A stretch of 63,646 nt of DNA, filler included, from Octopus bimaculoides (lineage: Eukaryota): assembly GCF_001194135.2 (NCBI RefSeq). It is 4 parts of 4 records of this genome, joined end to end, with 100 filler letters (N's around TTAATTAATTAA, not from the genome) between each part and the next. Parts side by side here need not be neighbours in the genome. Positions count along the whole stretch, not along the records: positions 23,296 to 37,969 come from NC_068981.1; positions 38,070 to 49,905 come from NC_068985.1; 2 more parts are not named here. One strand, 5' to 3'. The position numbers were made by a program, and so were the translations under genes. Within the stretch, counting starts at the first letter, position 1. Each line of letters opens with the position of its first letter. This document shows positions 35,620-48,390 of this stretch, piece by piece. A model generated the notes under the pieces. It did no database searches. It worked only from the letters and a program-made list of their open reading frames with translations, and was not told the DNA's origin.

Positions 35620-36200
35620 CGTGGTCTGATCAATAAGTATCCGGAAGGTTGCCATAGTAGCGAAGGCAAGGCACACAGAGTAAAGCCAATTGGCACAGAT
35701 TGACCTTGGACTCTGCTGTGTATGTGCACCGGGTCTTAATGTTCTAACTCACTTCCGCTATTTACGACAGTGCTTGAAAGGAAAGTGTGTAGCGTGTGAT
35801 CGTCGCATTCACATTGACAGAGAAAGTTGAGCAGAAAATCTGCATCAAATTTTGCCAAAAGTTTGGCGATCCCTGTACAGAGGCCTATGCAAAGTTTTCA
35901 AAAAGTTTTCATCGTTCTCGACACAATCAAGGAAATCTTGTGCAACTGAAACCCGAGTGTCTTTCTGGTCAGCTGGAAGCAGTTTTGGCACAAACTTGGC
36001 AGACACACGTCTCATACCCAAATATTCAGTACTAATGCACTGAACCGTAGCTAATCTGCACATCCTCTGATAATTCACGGATCGTGATTCGACGATTTCT
36101 CCTCACAGCTGCGATGTTTTTTTCAGTTCTGCTGGTTGTGGGTCTCCCAGAATATTCGTCAATATCTCTAATACTGTTATTTCTCCGCCCATCTCCCGTG
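35620..36200. mobile_element. mariner transposon remnant with internal inversion
   Basis: TIR-like CGTGGTCTGATCAATAAGTATCCGGA; plus frame EQKICIKFCQKFG...TEAYAK to about 35894; minus frames SGRPTTSRTEKNI...RITIRELSE...LGMRRVSAKFVPKLL..DQK..RV.VAQDFL...DENFLK from about 36200 to 35890. Confidence 0.8.
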
Positions 36201-36319
36201 GACAGAATATATCAAGTGAATTTTACTTCCACATCTTTACTCATTTTCTTGCTCCGCGCTGCCAGTCTCGTCGCTCTTTCTTCCACACCTGTGAGCGGAA
36301 ATAATTCAGAGTTAATACT

Positions 36320-36533
36320 ACTTCCAATTTTTGGCACAAGGCCGGCAATTTCGGGGTAAGGGGCGAATCGATTTACATCGACCCCAGCGTTTCACTGGTA
36401 TTTAATCTATCGACCTCGAAGGGATGAAAGGCAAAGTCGACCCCGATGGTATTTGAACTCAGAACGTAAACTCAGAAGAAATACCGCTAAGCAATTTACC
36501 CAGCACGGTAACGATTCTGCCAGCTCACCGCTT
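36320..36533 (-). mobile_element. Family A SINE
   Basis: GATGAAAGGCAAAGTCGACC...TTTGAACTCAGAACG...GATTCTGCCAGCTCACCGC. Confidence 0.85.
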
Positions 36534-36707
36534 TGTTCAAGGACAATATTGCCGAATCTGAGGAATCAAAAGGAATGTCAGTGCACTTCCTACATGCACG
36601 GCATATGTATACTTATGCATATATGCACCAAAGCAATATATGATACCATGATAAAAAAAAAATCAATGCAAGACATTACTATCTTAAAGATAGCGTGTTT
36701 GCACTGT

Positions 36708-36773
<66 letters not shown>

Positions 36774-36775
36774 TA

Positions 36776-37140
36776 GGCGCAGGAGTAGCTGGGTTCAGTC
36801 CCACTGCGTGGGCAAGTGTCTTCTACTATAGCCTCAAGTCAGCCAATACCTTGTGAGTGGATTTGATAGACGGAAACTGAAAAAAGCCCGTCGTATATAT
36901 ATGTATATGTATATATATATGTGTGTATGTGTGTTTGTGTTTGTTCCCCCAATATCGCTTGACAATCGAGGCTCGTATGTTTAGGTCCCCGTAACTTAGC
37001 GGTTCGGCAAAAAGAGACCAATAGAATAAGTACTAGGCTTACAATGAATAAGTCCTGGGGTCGATTTGCTCAACTAAAAGGCGGTGCTCCAGCATGGCCG
37101 CAGTCAAATAACTGAAACAAGTAAAAGAGTAAGAGCAAAG
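36776..37140 (+). mobile_element. Family B SINE with two short head deletions
   Basis: GGCGCAGGAGTAGCT joined directly to GGGTTCAGTCCCACTGCGT then GGGCAAGTGTC; rest as 34793-35205. Confidence 0.9.
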
Positions 37141-37242
37141 AGTAAGTAATCAGAAGATGGATTTGTTATTTATCTTTATTTTGGACAACGGGACAAAATA
37201 AAGATTAATACCAAATTCATCTTCTGGTTACTTATAAAATTA

Positions 37243-37284
<42 letters not shown>

Positions 37285-37775
37285 CTTTTTTCTCTTACAC
37301 GGGGGTAAAATGTACGAAGCCCAGTATACCCATCATGACTACCCGTCTGATAAGGGTACACCAGGCACATGCATCACAACCATATGTGCGCGACCTGGTG
37401 ATCTCATATCAATATAAACAGCGCATGATTTCGCAGGTGGGGGCTCAGTTAGAATTTTCTTCAGGTCGAGTAGCCCATCCCGCTCAAAAGGTCCCGGAAT
37501 AAGGTTTGTTTAAGGATGTTGAACTAAACACCCATGTTTCTTAAAGTGATTTATCCAAACCTCAAAGAATTCCTTTCAAGTGAATTTTGCTACCACATCG
37601 TCAGCCACTAAGGGACATGCTCAACTGGTTAAGGTCAAACAACTGACAAGCAAATCTGTGGTATTGAGCAGAATATTTGCCATAGCCCATCTTTTTATAC
37701 CAAGACAGAACAATGTACATGATAACACTTCCAATCAGTTAAGATGAGAAGCCATGAGAGCCACTGCCTGGTACT
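37285..37775 (-). mobile_element. Family E repeat, longer copy
   Basis: Aligns with 11630-11930 over about 270 bp; preceded by (TAT)n. Confidence 0.6.
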
Positions 37776-39038
37776 TACTACTACTACTATTATTATTATT
37801 ATTATTATTTTATGTTTGACTTTTGTTTTGCATTTGTACAAGTTGGATCCAAGTCTCACCCAGAGACCTCAAGAGACAACAAGTTAGAAGTTCATGTAGG
37901 TGTTATGCCTAGGGTACCATATATTTGGATTTGTACAGTTTTGTTCTAGTGAATGTTTAAGAAACCATANNNNNNNNNNNNNNNNNNNNNNNNNNNNNNN
38001 NNNNNNNNNNNNNTTAATTAATTAANNNNNNNNNNNNNNNNNNNNNNNNNNNNNNNNNNNNNNNNNNNNGTTACGTATTCGGCAGTCACATGCTGAGTCA
38101 TAAATGGGTGCGTTATTTCTATGATGTTTACATCTATATATGTTCGCATTTGTGAGTGCGTGTGAATCAATGTTGTGTTACGAGATAAACACAAATCAAC
38201 TCTCTGCAGATGTGTTCCTTGAAAAGGTAGACAAAGTAAGCTCTTTTAGAAATATTGGAAGTGTTTTATTAACCAAAATAATTGGATGTAATTGACATCG
38301 CTCTAGGTGAAATATGCGAGTGAGATGGACATCCGAAACCATTTATGCTGAAGAGGTTTAACGTGTGCTATTAGAATGATAAATCTCACAACCAATGTTG
38401 AACTAAAATCTATGCATGATTGGGAACATTATCCCTTTTAATGTTTTCAAATTGGTAGGCACGAAGAGGTGAACAGCAAGAACGTGTCGCAATAGAATGC
38501 GTGTATCTACACATTTACATGAATATCCAAGATCTAAGACAAGGATGCTGCGGAGTTGCAATTTTCAAAAAGAAGAACGATGTAACTTGCGCGTTATGTG
38601 AATGTGCTATCAAAATTTTAGTGACCTGCTCCAATACTTAAGTCGGTGTTTCGTCAACTATAATCATTGTTCAGCGGAACAGGGATTTTAAAGATTATTC
38701 CAATATGAAAAGCTGATTGTTTCAGAAAAAAAAAATTATATTGCGAATACAGTAGCTGAATAAGTAGACTCTATAATAATGTGGTTGCTTACATTAGAGT
38801 AATAATGCATTGCACCTTTGGAAAGCTCCCTGAAAGATACAAGAAGGAATATTATGCAAAAGCATGTTTAAATTGAGAGCAAAGCGTTGAGGGAAGGACA
38901 TTTGAAGAGAGAAAAAATTATTTACAAGGATAGAACATAAAGAGAGATAAAGGTTAAATAGGAGAGAGTGAATTGGGTATGGATGTAACAGAAGACTAGG
39001 TAAACAGATAAATAGAAATAAGAAAAGATAGATAGAGG

Positions 39039-39095
<57 letters not shown>

Positions 39096-39303
39096 AGGGT
39101 CAGAAAGAGAGAGTGTGTGTGTGTGAGACAGAGACAGTGTAAATAATATTCGAATGGTGTGTGCAGATGGGAAATGTGGGGAAGGAGGTAGTAAAAAAGC
39201 ACAGATAATAATGATATTGAAAATTTTGAGAAATGAAGTAAATCTTATGGTTTATTTCATTTCTAAGAAAATGAGAAAGTTTTCTGGGTAAAGATAAAAC
39301 TAT

Positions 39304-39642
39304 AAATATCATATTTCTAAATCTCTCAGAGAGATTTAAGCAGTAGTGGTGTGATAACGTTGTAGTATATTGTCAACTTAATGTGACAATCCCAAGAAAG
39401 GAATACACTACTACCGTTTAGCCCTAGGAAGCTGGACCGCTTCCTGTGGGCCTTGACACAATTACTGTGTCCTTAAGTTTGCGAGGGGGAGACAAACTCC
39501 TCCACCCAGCCTAGCCAGCATTCAGGGACATGTTTCTGAGTCTTCCCTTCTTGGGATTGTCACATTAAGTTGACAATATACTACCACGTTATCGCACCAC
39601 TACTGCTTAAATGTCTCTGAAAGATTTAGAATTATGATATTT
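39304..39642. repeat. Foldback element: 98-bp inverted arms around a 143-bp GC-richer core
   Basis: 39304-39401 is the reverse complement of 39545-39642 (about 6 mismatches by eye). Confidence 0.9.
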
Positions 39643-39910
39643 CTAATTTTGCTAACCAGTGAATAAACTTCACTATGATTATATAAGTTGCGAGAGCTAG
39701 ACAAACTTCTTCATTCAGCTGGCAAGCTACTTCCGGCTCGTCGTATTGATTTGAATTGCTTCTGCNNNNNNNNNNNNNNNNNNNNNNNNNNNNNNNNNNN
39801 NNNNNNNNNNNNNNNNNNNNNNNNNNNNNNNNNNNNNNNNNNNNNNNNNNNNNNNNNNNNNNNNNTATGTATGATATTTTATTATCGTAATAAAGAGAAT
39901 TGGCAGGCTA

Positions 39911-39954
39911 CTTCAAGCTGATGACGAGCAAAGACTCACAAACATGTCCCTGAA
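39911..39954 (+). ncRNA. Degenerate minimal type I hammerhead-like motif
   Basis: TTCAAG-CTGATGA-C-GAG-CAAAGA-CTC-A-CAAAC-ATGTC-CCTGAA; core GAAA is CAAA here but GAAACATGTC in the sister copy (minus strand, about 39525-39536). Confidence 0.3.
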
Positions 39955-40120
39955 TGCTGGCTAGGCTGGGTGGAGGAGTTTGTCTCCCCCTCGCAAACTT
40001 AAGGACACAGTAATTGTGTCAAGGCCCACAGGAAGCGGTCCAGCTTCCTAGGGCTAAACGGCAGTAGTGTATTCCCTTCTTGGGATTGTCACATTAAGTT
40101 GACAATATACTACAACGTTA
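39931..40120 (-). repeat. Inverted second copy of foldback core plus part of arm
   Basis: Reverse complement of 39355-39544 with about 3 mismatches in 190 bp. Confidence 0.9.
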
Positions 40121-40387
40121 ATAAAACTATATTTATATAGAAATCATAAATGTAGAACAAATAACAGAAAATACGCATCAAACTTTATGACGTCACTAGA
40201 ATTTCAGTTATTCTTTTACTCGTTATAATTTTGAGGTATTTTGCACATATAACATTAAAACATAAAGTGAGCAATTGAAAATATTTTTTGTGCTCGAATC
40301 TACGCTAAGCAAAAAAAAAGGACGTTAGTATATTATCAACATATTCCCATCAACATATTAGTACACATACTACGCGCTCGTACATAG

Positions 40388-40443
<56 letters not shown>

Positions 40444-40620
40444 GTGAACATACATACACGCGTGCACACACACGCATGTGCGCGCACATACACAAATAAA
40501 TACATGTATTTGTATGTTTATGTAAGGGTATTTTGTGTATATATGTATGTATATCTATATATATACGTGTGTTTGTGTTTGTGTGTGCGTGTGTGTGTCT
40601 GTGTTTGTATATATATATAT

Positions 40621-41816
40621 TGATACGGACCGCCGAAAAACAAAATAACGTTATGTCCCTATTCCCCGAGCTGGGTTTGCAACCGTTTTCTAGTCGGTCA
40701 GGGCATTGGTATTTCCTTTGTCTTATCAACAAGCACAGTTATTTATAGCGTAGGAGTGACCCTTTCCGGTCACCGAAAGTTTAGAAAAACAAGTTAGGAA
40801 CTGTACTAAACTGACCCAGCTTTGGAGAGGGGTAGCGTAGCACTGTTGGGTATGGTATCTCTGATAAATACAGGAGCATAGATTTGAGAGAGCAGTTGGC
40901 GTTCAGCAATTGGCGTACAGCAGTTGGCGTAAGGGGTCAGCCAGTGAAGATGGACAAGCAGTTGGTGTAAGCGCTCTTTGATGTAAAGGCCAGCAGCCAG
41001 TAGAGGAGCCAGATGGAATCGCAGCCGATGTGACAGCCAGCAGTAGTGAAGAGAAGCAAGATGAACAGAGAGTCTGACAGAAAGAGGCTAAGAGAGAGAG
41101 GCTATGGTCAGAAGGTACCAGTCAGCAGAAATGGATAGAGTCTGAGAGAGAGAGGGACAGAGAGATGGAACTGTTGTGGCAGGCAAAAAATTGTAGTAGA
41201 CTACGTTGGTCACTTCTTGTGGATCGTAGTGGGTGATTTGAAGGAAAGGAAATTGTTGCGGTGAAGGTTTGTTCGTATTTCTTTAAAGAAAAGTGTACTT
41301 GCGTTGTCATATGTTTTTGCAAAGAACTTTTTTAACTCTTGTTAATTGTGATATTAACTGGTTGAAAAGAAAGAAAAGAAAGAACTTTTTGTTAACTGTG
41401 ATGTTAACTGGCAGAAAAGAAAACAGGAAAGTTTGTTGTTACATTTTGTTAAAAGAAAAGAGAAGCAAAAAGAACTTTTGATTGACTTTTGAGACACGAA
41501 CTTTGATTGTAAACTTTTGATTATGCAATGTTCTGAAACTTTGTTAAATACTTGGAAACGCTATTGTTACATGTTATTCCAGAAGCAAGTACTGTTATTG
41601 AATTATTGTTATACTCTATTTTGTATTGTGATGTAAAGAAAAAAAGTTAGTTTCACTACGCAACGCATGGTCCGTGTTATTTCTTCCTTGCCTGTTGTCA
41701 TCGTCAGGTGCTCCGGCTGGGCTTAGTAGTGGCGAACATCCTGACTCACTGAGCGTCGACGTTCGCGCGCGCGAGTTTTCTCTTCGTTGAGGTGCTTCGC
41801 GCGGGCGTTCGTAACA
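40621..41816. mobile_element. Solo LTR (probably Gypsy-type), 1196 bp
   Basis: Termini TGATACG...CGTAACA (imperfect inverted repeat, TG..CA), ATAT on both sides within a (TA)n tract, CpG-rich, internal tandem GCAGTTGGCGT repeats, no ORF. Confidence 0.7.
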
Positions 41817-44446
41817 ATATATATATATATGTGTGTGTGTGTGTTTGTCTGTGTGTCTCTCTCTGCGTGTATGCATGTATATATATATATATATATATAT
41901 NNNNNNNNNNNNNNNNNNNNNNNNNATATATACTTATACATGTGGCTGCAATGAGTAACCGGGATATTGAGGGCAGTTCATGTCACAGCAAGCTTAACGT
42001 AAATCAGTGTATCATGAGACCAGAATACCATTGGATTTAAAAAGGAAGGCTATCACCTTCAACTGAATACCAGCTCATGATGCGTCTTTGAATCAGTTCA
42101 ATTTGAAAATGTGAGTGATGGACCGTTGATGAAATTGCAGGGACGAGCATGCATAATTGCATACAGGACAATGTGCAGTCGCTGCAGCCAAAAGATATGT
42201 AGGTCAGAGTAATATAAGCTGTAGGAAACATTTTAATAAAAAGATGTTTTGGAAGTGAATAAATCTCCACCATTCTCTTCATAATTAGTTATATACTCTA
42301 CGGAATATTCACAGTTCTTAAAGCATATATTATATATAACAGCACAAAATAGCGGCATACCACGTAAAAATCTTAATAATGGGATAATGTAACGCATAAA
42401 TAAAAACAGGACAAAGATTGAATAAAATGAATTATGAATTTCACCCATTGGACTAAATAGGAGTGAAGCTTACCAGTACAAGTATCTCTTTTAGGTTGAG
42501 TTTTATGTAATAGACTGTTGTGGATAGTCGGCATCTGTACCAATTTGTGTGATAATACGTTATCTTCGGGTTAACTTGACCCTTTCATACGCTCTCCCTT
42601 TCTCTGTCAATCTCTCTCTTTCTGTATGTATGTATGTATGTATGTATGTATATATATANNNNNNNNNNNNNNNNNNNNNNNNNNNNNNNNNNNNNNNNNN
42701 NNNNNNNNNNNNNNNNNNNNNNNNNNNNNNNNNNNNNNNNNNNNNNNNNNNNNNNNNNNNNNNTATACTTCAACGTCCATTCATACATAGATATATGCAT
42801 ACATATATGTGTCTTTGTATGTCGTGAACCAAATAATGTTCCAAGACCGCATAAGTTGCTGGTATTAATTTTAAAATACTCATAGTATGCAAATTAGTCG
42901 CTCCAGTTCTCTGAAGCTACTGTATTTTTCTTTTTTTTGAACAGATTAGTAATTTGTTTCTCCGAATTTGGTTAAGTGACGAAGACACGTCTAATGAGAT
43001 CCGAATAAAGTTCTTCATGCTTGCAATTTACTGAGAAATAGTCAAACATGGCCTGATTGTATGTCTACTGCATAAGTTACAAATGTATGTGAGCATGAAT
43101 GGAGGTGGAAAACTCGAAGAAGCCCGATGATCAACTTTGACGAGCAAAGTGGATGAGGTAAGGAAATTGAGTTCATTCTAGAACTCGAAAAAATAGTGAC
43201 TGGTTGAGTTATAATGAGACGTAATTTTAAATATGAAAAAAAAAATGATACTGAAAACCCGTTTCTAAAAAATAAAACTGCACAAATCAAAAATTAGCGT
43301 CATTTAATTATCACAAACGCACAAGTGATAGCATCAAACAGAATATTTAAGCAAAGACAAAATTTTGTGAAGAGTTAAAAAAACCCGTTTTCGTCAAGAC
43401 ATATCGAGTCAGTAATGTATTCTCTATATATTAAGATGAAACAATTTCATTTCAAGAAACAGCAAAATTCTTTTTATTTAAACGCACTAAGACTTCAAAT
43501 TGGTGACACTAGGGAACACACCAGAAATTATAACCGTATTGACAACTTCATACCTAACAAACCATAATCAGGAACCCTTGATATACCACGTTTTCCAGAA
43601 GACCAGGCACAAAAAGTGTTAAGATTTATATAAGTTACTAATGCCTTGAAACAAAATTCCTGGAATAGACATGATTCAAGAAATCCGATAGCAGAAATGT
43701 ACTGTAAGATTCCGAATATGATAAATATATCACACAAATCATATATATAAAAATTCACCTTAAAGGCTACAATTCATCCCCAAAACACCATATACATATA
43801 TAAACACCCCCCCACACACACACACATATATATATATATATTAGGTGAGGGACGAAATTTTTATTCTGATTCCACATATTGCTTGGTGTTCATTTTGATG
43901 TGAGAAATAAATTAACAAATGTTAAGCAGTATGCGACCACTCTTACCCCTCGTATAGCCACCCACCTGACTCTGCGTTTTGAACACTGAAAATGTAAGGA
44001 ACTATAGACTTGTTTTAGGGCTATTAACTTTCTATTGGTTAAATATCACATATATATCTCTCATCTAGGTCGTCCCATAGGACGCCTTTATTAGTAGTTT
44101 CATTTGCGCATACTACAGAAGTCACAGCGTGCTGCTCCATGTGGTCCCGCCGTTTCCATCTAACTCGGGATATTAGGGTCTCATCTATTGTATATAACAT
44201 TTTATAAATTATATGCAACCCCACCCTAACCCACATGAAAAAAAACAGTTATTGGTATCTTTATTCATATAGTTTGTATCAATTTTTTTTAATAAAAAAA
44301 GCCTATATTCAGAAAAGCGCTTTCAACGTAAAGAAAATGTAAATTTATAATGACTGTTATAATATGCAATAACAAAAAATATACAGGAACCTCAATCGAA
44401 CTACATGAACACCATAAAATAAGCATTAATGACATTTACTATTTAA

Positions 44447-44954
44447 TTAAATGACCATTGTCTTTTCCAGTCAAAGTTAGGTAAATTTTGGTTTGATTTC
44501 TGTACATTCAATATGAATTTGTGTCTATTTTTGTAGCATACTCTGATTTCAGAAGCTTTTAACACTACATTCATAGCATGCTCGACTCCTTGGCTATGAA
44601 ACGGAAGAGTTATTGTCTATGACAGTCAGATCTTTTTGTTTGTTTAACATAACATGTGCAGGTGCATATATCACGCATTTCATTGAACTCCTTTAATGTC
44701 TTAACAAAACTATATCCTCTTTGCTTGATAGGTATTTTGCTTAATTTCGTAACAGATTCAATCAATCTCTCAATTTTTAGAGCTATTCCCTGAAACCCAG
44801 TATAAGGAAAGGAAAATTTGTCCCATATTCTTCGCACATCTTCAGCAAGAATGCGGTAGTATTCTTTTGGTGTGTTTGAAGTTTTTGATATCTGCTCTTC
44901 ACGTTTTCTTATGTATAAATAATGTCGGAGTATATCAGCCTTTGATAGGGTCAT
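44447..44954 (-). mobile_element. Internally deleted DNA transposase remnant, hATm-like
   Basis: N-terminal ...DILRHY...LAEDVRRIWDKFSFP...KIERL...DICTCTC...DC fused (frameshift at about 44608) to LPFHSQGVEHAMNVVLKASE...RHKFIL...LPNFDWKRQW, resembling the recalled LPCH(T/S)Q.VER C-terminus; catalytic core absent. Confidence 0.6.
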
Positions 44955-45516
44955 TGCTGTAAGAAAATCTGCAGAAAATCAAAATGTTGAATTACTGCTT
45001 TTACAACTGGTTGGCATTCTAGAATTTTATATAGATATATTATTACAGTTTAAATTCATGTAGATATTTTTGTAAAATTATAATACGATTTAGCTCTGAA
45101 ATAAACTGAAAATCAAAAGAAAATCATTTAACGAACGTATACATTTTCTAAATGAAGTATTATTTCACACATATTGAAAAGTTGTAATTTTACCATGTTG
45201 GAGGAGTATCTACCTACAAATTGTCTCATACTTCAATGTTTTTGCTATCTTGACTCATCAGATATTTTCAACAAGGTTTCTAAAGTGAAATATGATCAAA
45301 TGTTTCATATCCATAAGCACTTTAGTATATATTTATTAGAGATTATGTCATTAATTTAGAAAATTAAGGTACTTAATTGTAGGGGTGTATGCAGGGGTGA
45401 GGGGTGCGGGAAGTCACATAACCCTTATTTTAATATATTCTATTCAAATTACTATTTGAAACTATGTGCATATCGTAGAATTACGGTACCTTAAAAATCG
45501 TGTTTGCCCCTCCCCA

Positions 45517-45548
<32 letters not shown>

Positions 45549-46297
45549 NNNNNNNNNNATATATTTGTTCTTCACTCGTTTATTATTGTTCTTAATTATT
45601 TTTAAATTTTAGCTCATTTCCATTGTAGGAAATCTTTCATCATACAACTGTGACCTTTTCAGTAACACTTTTCCTTTTCGTGTGTGCCCTTGCTCCACTT
45701 ACTCCATTCTGTTCTTCTAAGATGCGTACCCCTATGTGCACATGCGTCTGCGTCCGAGTTTGTGTGTGTGTGTGTGTGTACATGTGTGTGTATGTGTGCA
45801 TGTATGCTTGTGTGCGTGTCATTGTTCTTAGCAGAAGTATGGCCTTTTCCTCAGCCCCATTCTCTCAACCCATCGTGCTGCTACTGTCCTAAGACCCAAA
45901 AATTCGGTTCAGTCCCTTTATCTCTGCGTTTGTGTGTTGGCCCACACGTACACACACACAAACACACACTCATACATAAATGTATACAAACGTACATACA
46001 AGAAGGCATGTTTGCGTGTATAGCTGCCTACGAATACATAGAGCTGAACACGATGTGCAAAAAGTAAATAAATAGAGAATGTTTACGAAATTTAAGAAGT
46101 TTACGGGTTCAAGTGAAAGAATGGCCATATTTTTGGACGTCCTATGTTGAATTGCAAAATTGTAATGTGATATTTGTGTAATAACGAAATCAAACCTGGA
46201 TTGTGTGTGTATGTGTGTGTATGTGTGTTTATATTAGAGAGACAGTGTGTGTGTGTATGTTTGTGTGTGAGAGTAAGAGAGTTAGATAGATAGAGAG

Positions 46298-46367
<70 letters not shown>

Positions 46368-48242
46368 AGACAGAGAAGCAGACAGACAGACAAAGCGGGT
46401 TGGAGAGAGAACAGATGAAACAATGAAAGAAGTAAACTGAAATCTTGTACCGAATAATTAAATATCCAATGAAAGAAGGAAGTTCAGAAAGTAAATTTTC
46501 TTGAAAACTTCAATTTGTAAAAAATCACACTTGCTTAGTAAATATTTCTTTCAGTAATTTATCGTAGTTGTTTGCAAATAACAAATTAAAACTTGAAATC
46601 ATAACATTAAAATAGAGAGTGAGAGACTTCGAAAATGAAAACATAATATTTTGCCTGCAACCGTTGCTACGTCAATACTGGAAATTGAATTTCAAAAACC
46701 TTTTCAAAGAAGTGAATCATATACATAAAGCAATATTATTTATTTTTAATAAAACAATAAAACGAGGACCCTATTATGTATTCGAAGTCAAATTATTCAT
46801 GCACCCCAAGTATGGAACTAAATCGCCCAGTCGTTTTCGCACACAGGTCTATTTTATAGATAAGATAATTGAACAAAATAACGGCATACTTCATAAAAAT
46901 CTTGATAATAATAAAATGTAACGGATAAAAAACTGGACAAAAAGACAATGAAATGAATTATCAATTTCACTCATGGAACTAGATAGGAGTTGTAATTCCA
47001 GAGAATGGAATAGGGAAAGAATCGCAAGAGTAATGTTCCTGAGATGCCGAGAAAAAAACCAGGTTTAAATCGTAATAGCAGGAAGACGAATGCAAGCAGC
47101 ACAAATGCATTTCTTAATCGATTCCATGAGATTTGGGGGAATGTATGATAACAAAACTGCACATGCAAATGAAGTAAGTGAATATCACAACTCCAATGAA
47201 CCGTCGGCTAACATACTTTGTGCAAACAAAAAAATGAATTACAAGGGAAATAAATAATAGATAATTTTATGACAAAGATCTGCAGTCGAATGTAATGTAA
47301 CTAGGGACACAAAAGATGCAAAATGAATACAAACCTTCAAGGCGTAGGGAGTATACAAATAGATCAAAGGGCTATAAAAATGTCAGGCGATACTGGAAAC
47401 AGAAATGACAAGTCAAACGTTCAATAGACATAATTCATGTAATATGGGAACTCCAGTGCCAATGACAGACGAATTTCGTCTTCTATGATCGACGTGTAAA
47501 GTTTTGTGCCACCAAGTGACTATTTGAAAGGCAGTATTAGGCGTTCTAACAAGGCATCCATTTAAAATTGGATATAAAGATTAAGTTTGGTATAAAGATT
47601 AACTTTTGGTATCAACACTGTTTCCGCTGATACTAATTAATTTTTCAATAATTTAATGTTTTCTTCTTAAAAACTTGTGCAGGTTTGTCTGAGGAATTAA
47701 AAGCACAAGCGAGATGTATTGAGTAAAACATTTGTTGACAACATCGATTCATTTAATCCTGTAATACAGGTATTGAGGGTACCTCAGCGATGACATTTTA
47801 TGGCAATTTTCTTGGTTTTAGCAGGACCGCAAAAATGCCTGAAACACCTCCCGTTTCGTTCAGAGTACATAAGGATATTTATCGAGCAAATCTGTTAAAC
47901 ACACACCAGGAGATTTAAAAAAAAAATTGTTGCAATTTGAATTGTATGTGCTCAATTCAATGGCGGTTTATGACACTAGGCTTAATCACTAAGCCAGTAT
48001 AGAACGTATTCTTTTAGCTAGAATTAGTAGGGGGAAATGTAGCAAAAATCTTATCCACATATATGGAAAATGCTTCTAAATGTTCAAATATATAGAAATC
48101 ATACTCATCAGAAAACTATATAAGCCATGTCATTTGAAGTGTTTATAAGAGATATCTCTCGTATTAAATGCCAACTTCTGCAAGATCCGTCTGTGTTTAT
48201 ATAAGAAAATGAAAAGTGTTGCAGCATATAAATTTCGCACAC

Positions 48243-48390
48243 AGGGCAAAATGCCTTTTCGCATTTCATCTGTTGTGAGGTCAACTTTGCTTTTTAACCT
48301 TTTGGGTCGATGAAATAAGTAGCAGTTGAGCACGAAGATCTACACAATCAACTTACTCCTTCCCTCCGAAATTGCTGCTCTGGCAAAAAT
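48243..48390 (+). mobile_element. Family A SINE, degraded
   Basis: GAGGTCAACTTTGCT...GGGTCGATGAAATAAGTAGCAGTTGAGCAC. Confidence 0.6.

Noticed and set aside
38180-38620. Possible RT remnant (LEKVDKVSSFRNIGSVL)
   Set aside because: Single weak motif with many stops; needs TBLASTX
43090-43163. GAG|GTAAGG donor with upstream acceptor as a coding exon
   Set aside because: All three frames have stops shortly before the donor
43530-43720. Possible second hATm-like C-terminus (LDIPRFP...VTNA)
   Set aside because: Similarity marginal and interrupted by stops
46900-47550. Purine-rich stretch resembling a decayed R4/Dong-type RT region
   Set aside because: No motif survives clearly in one frame
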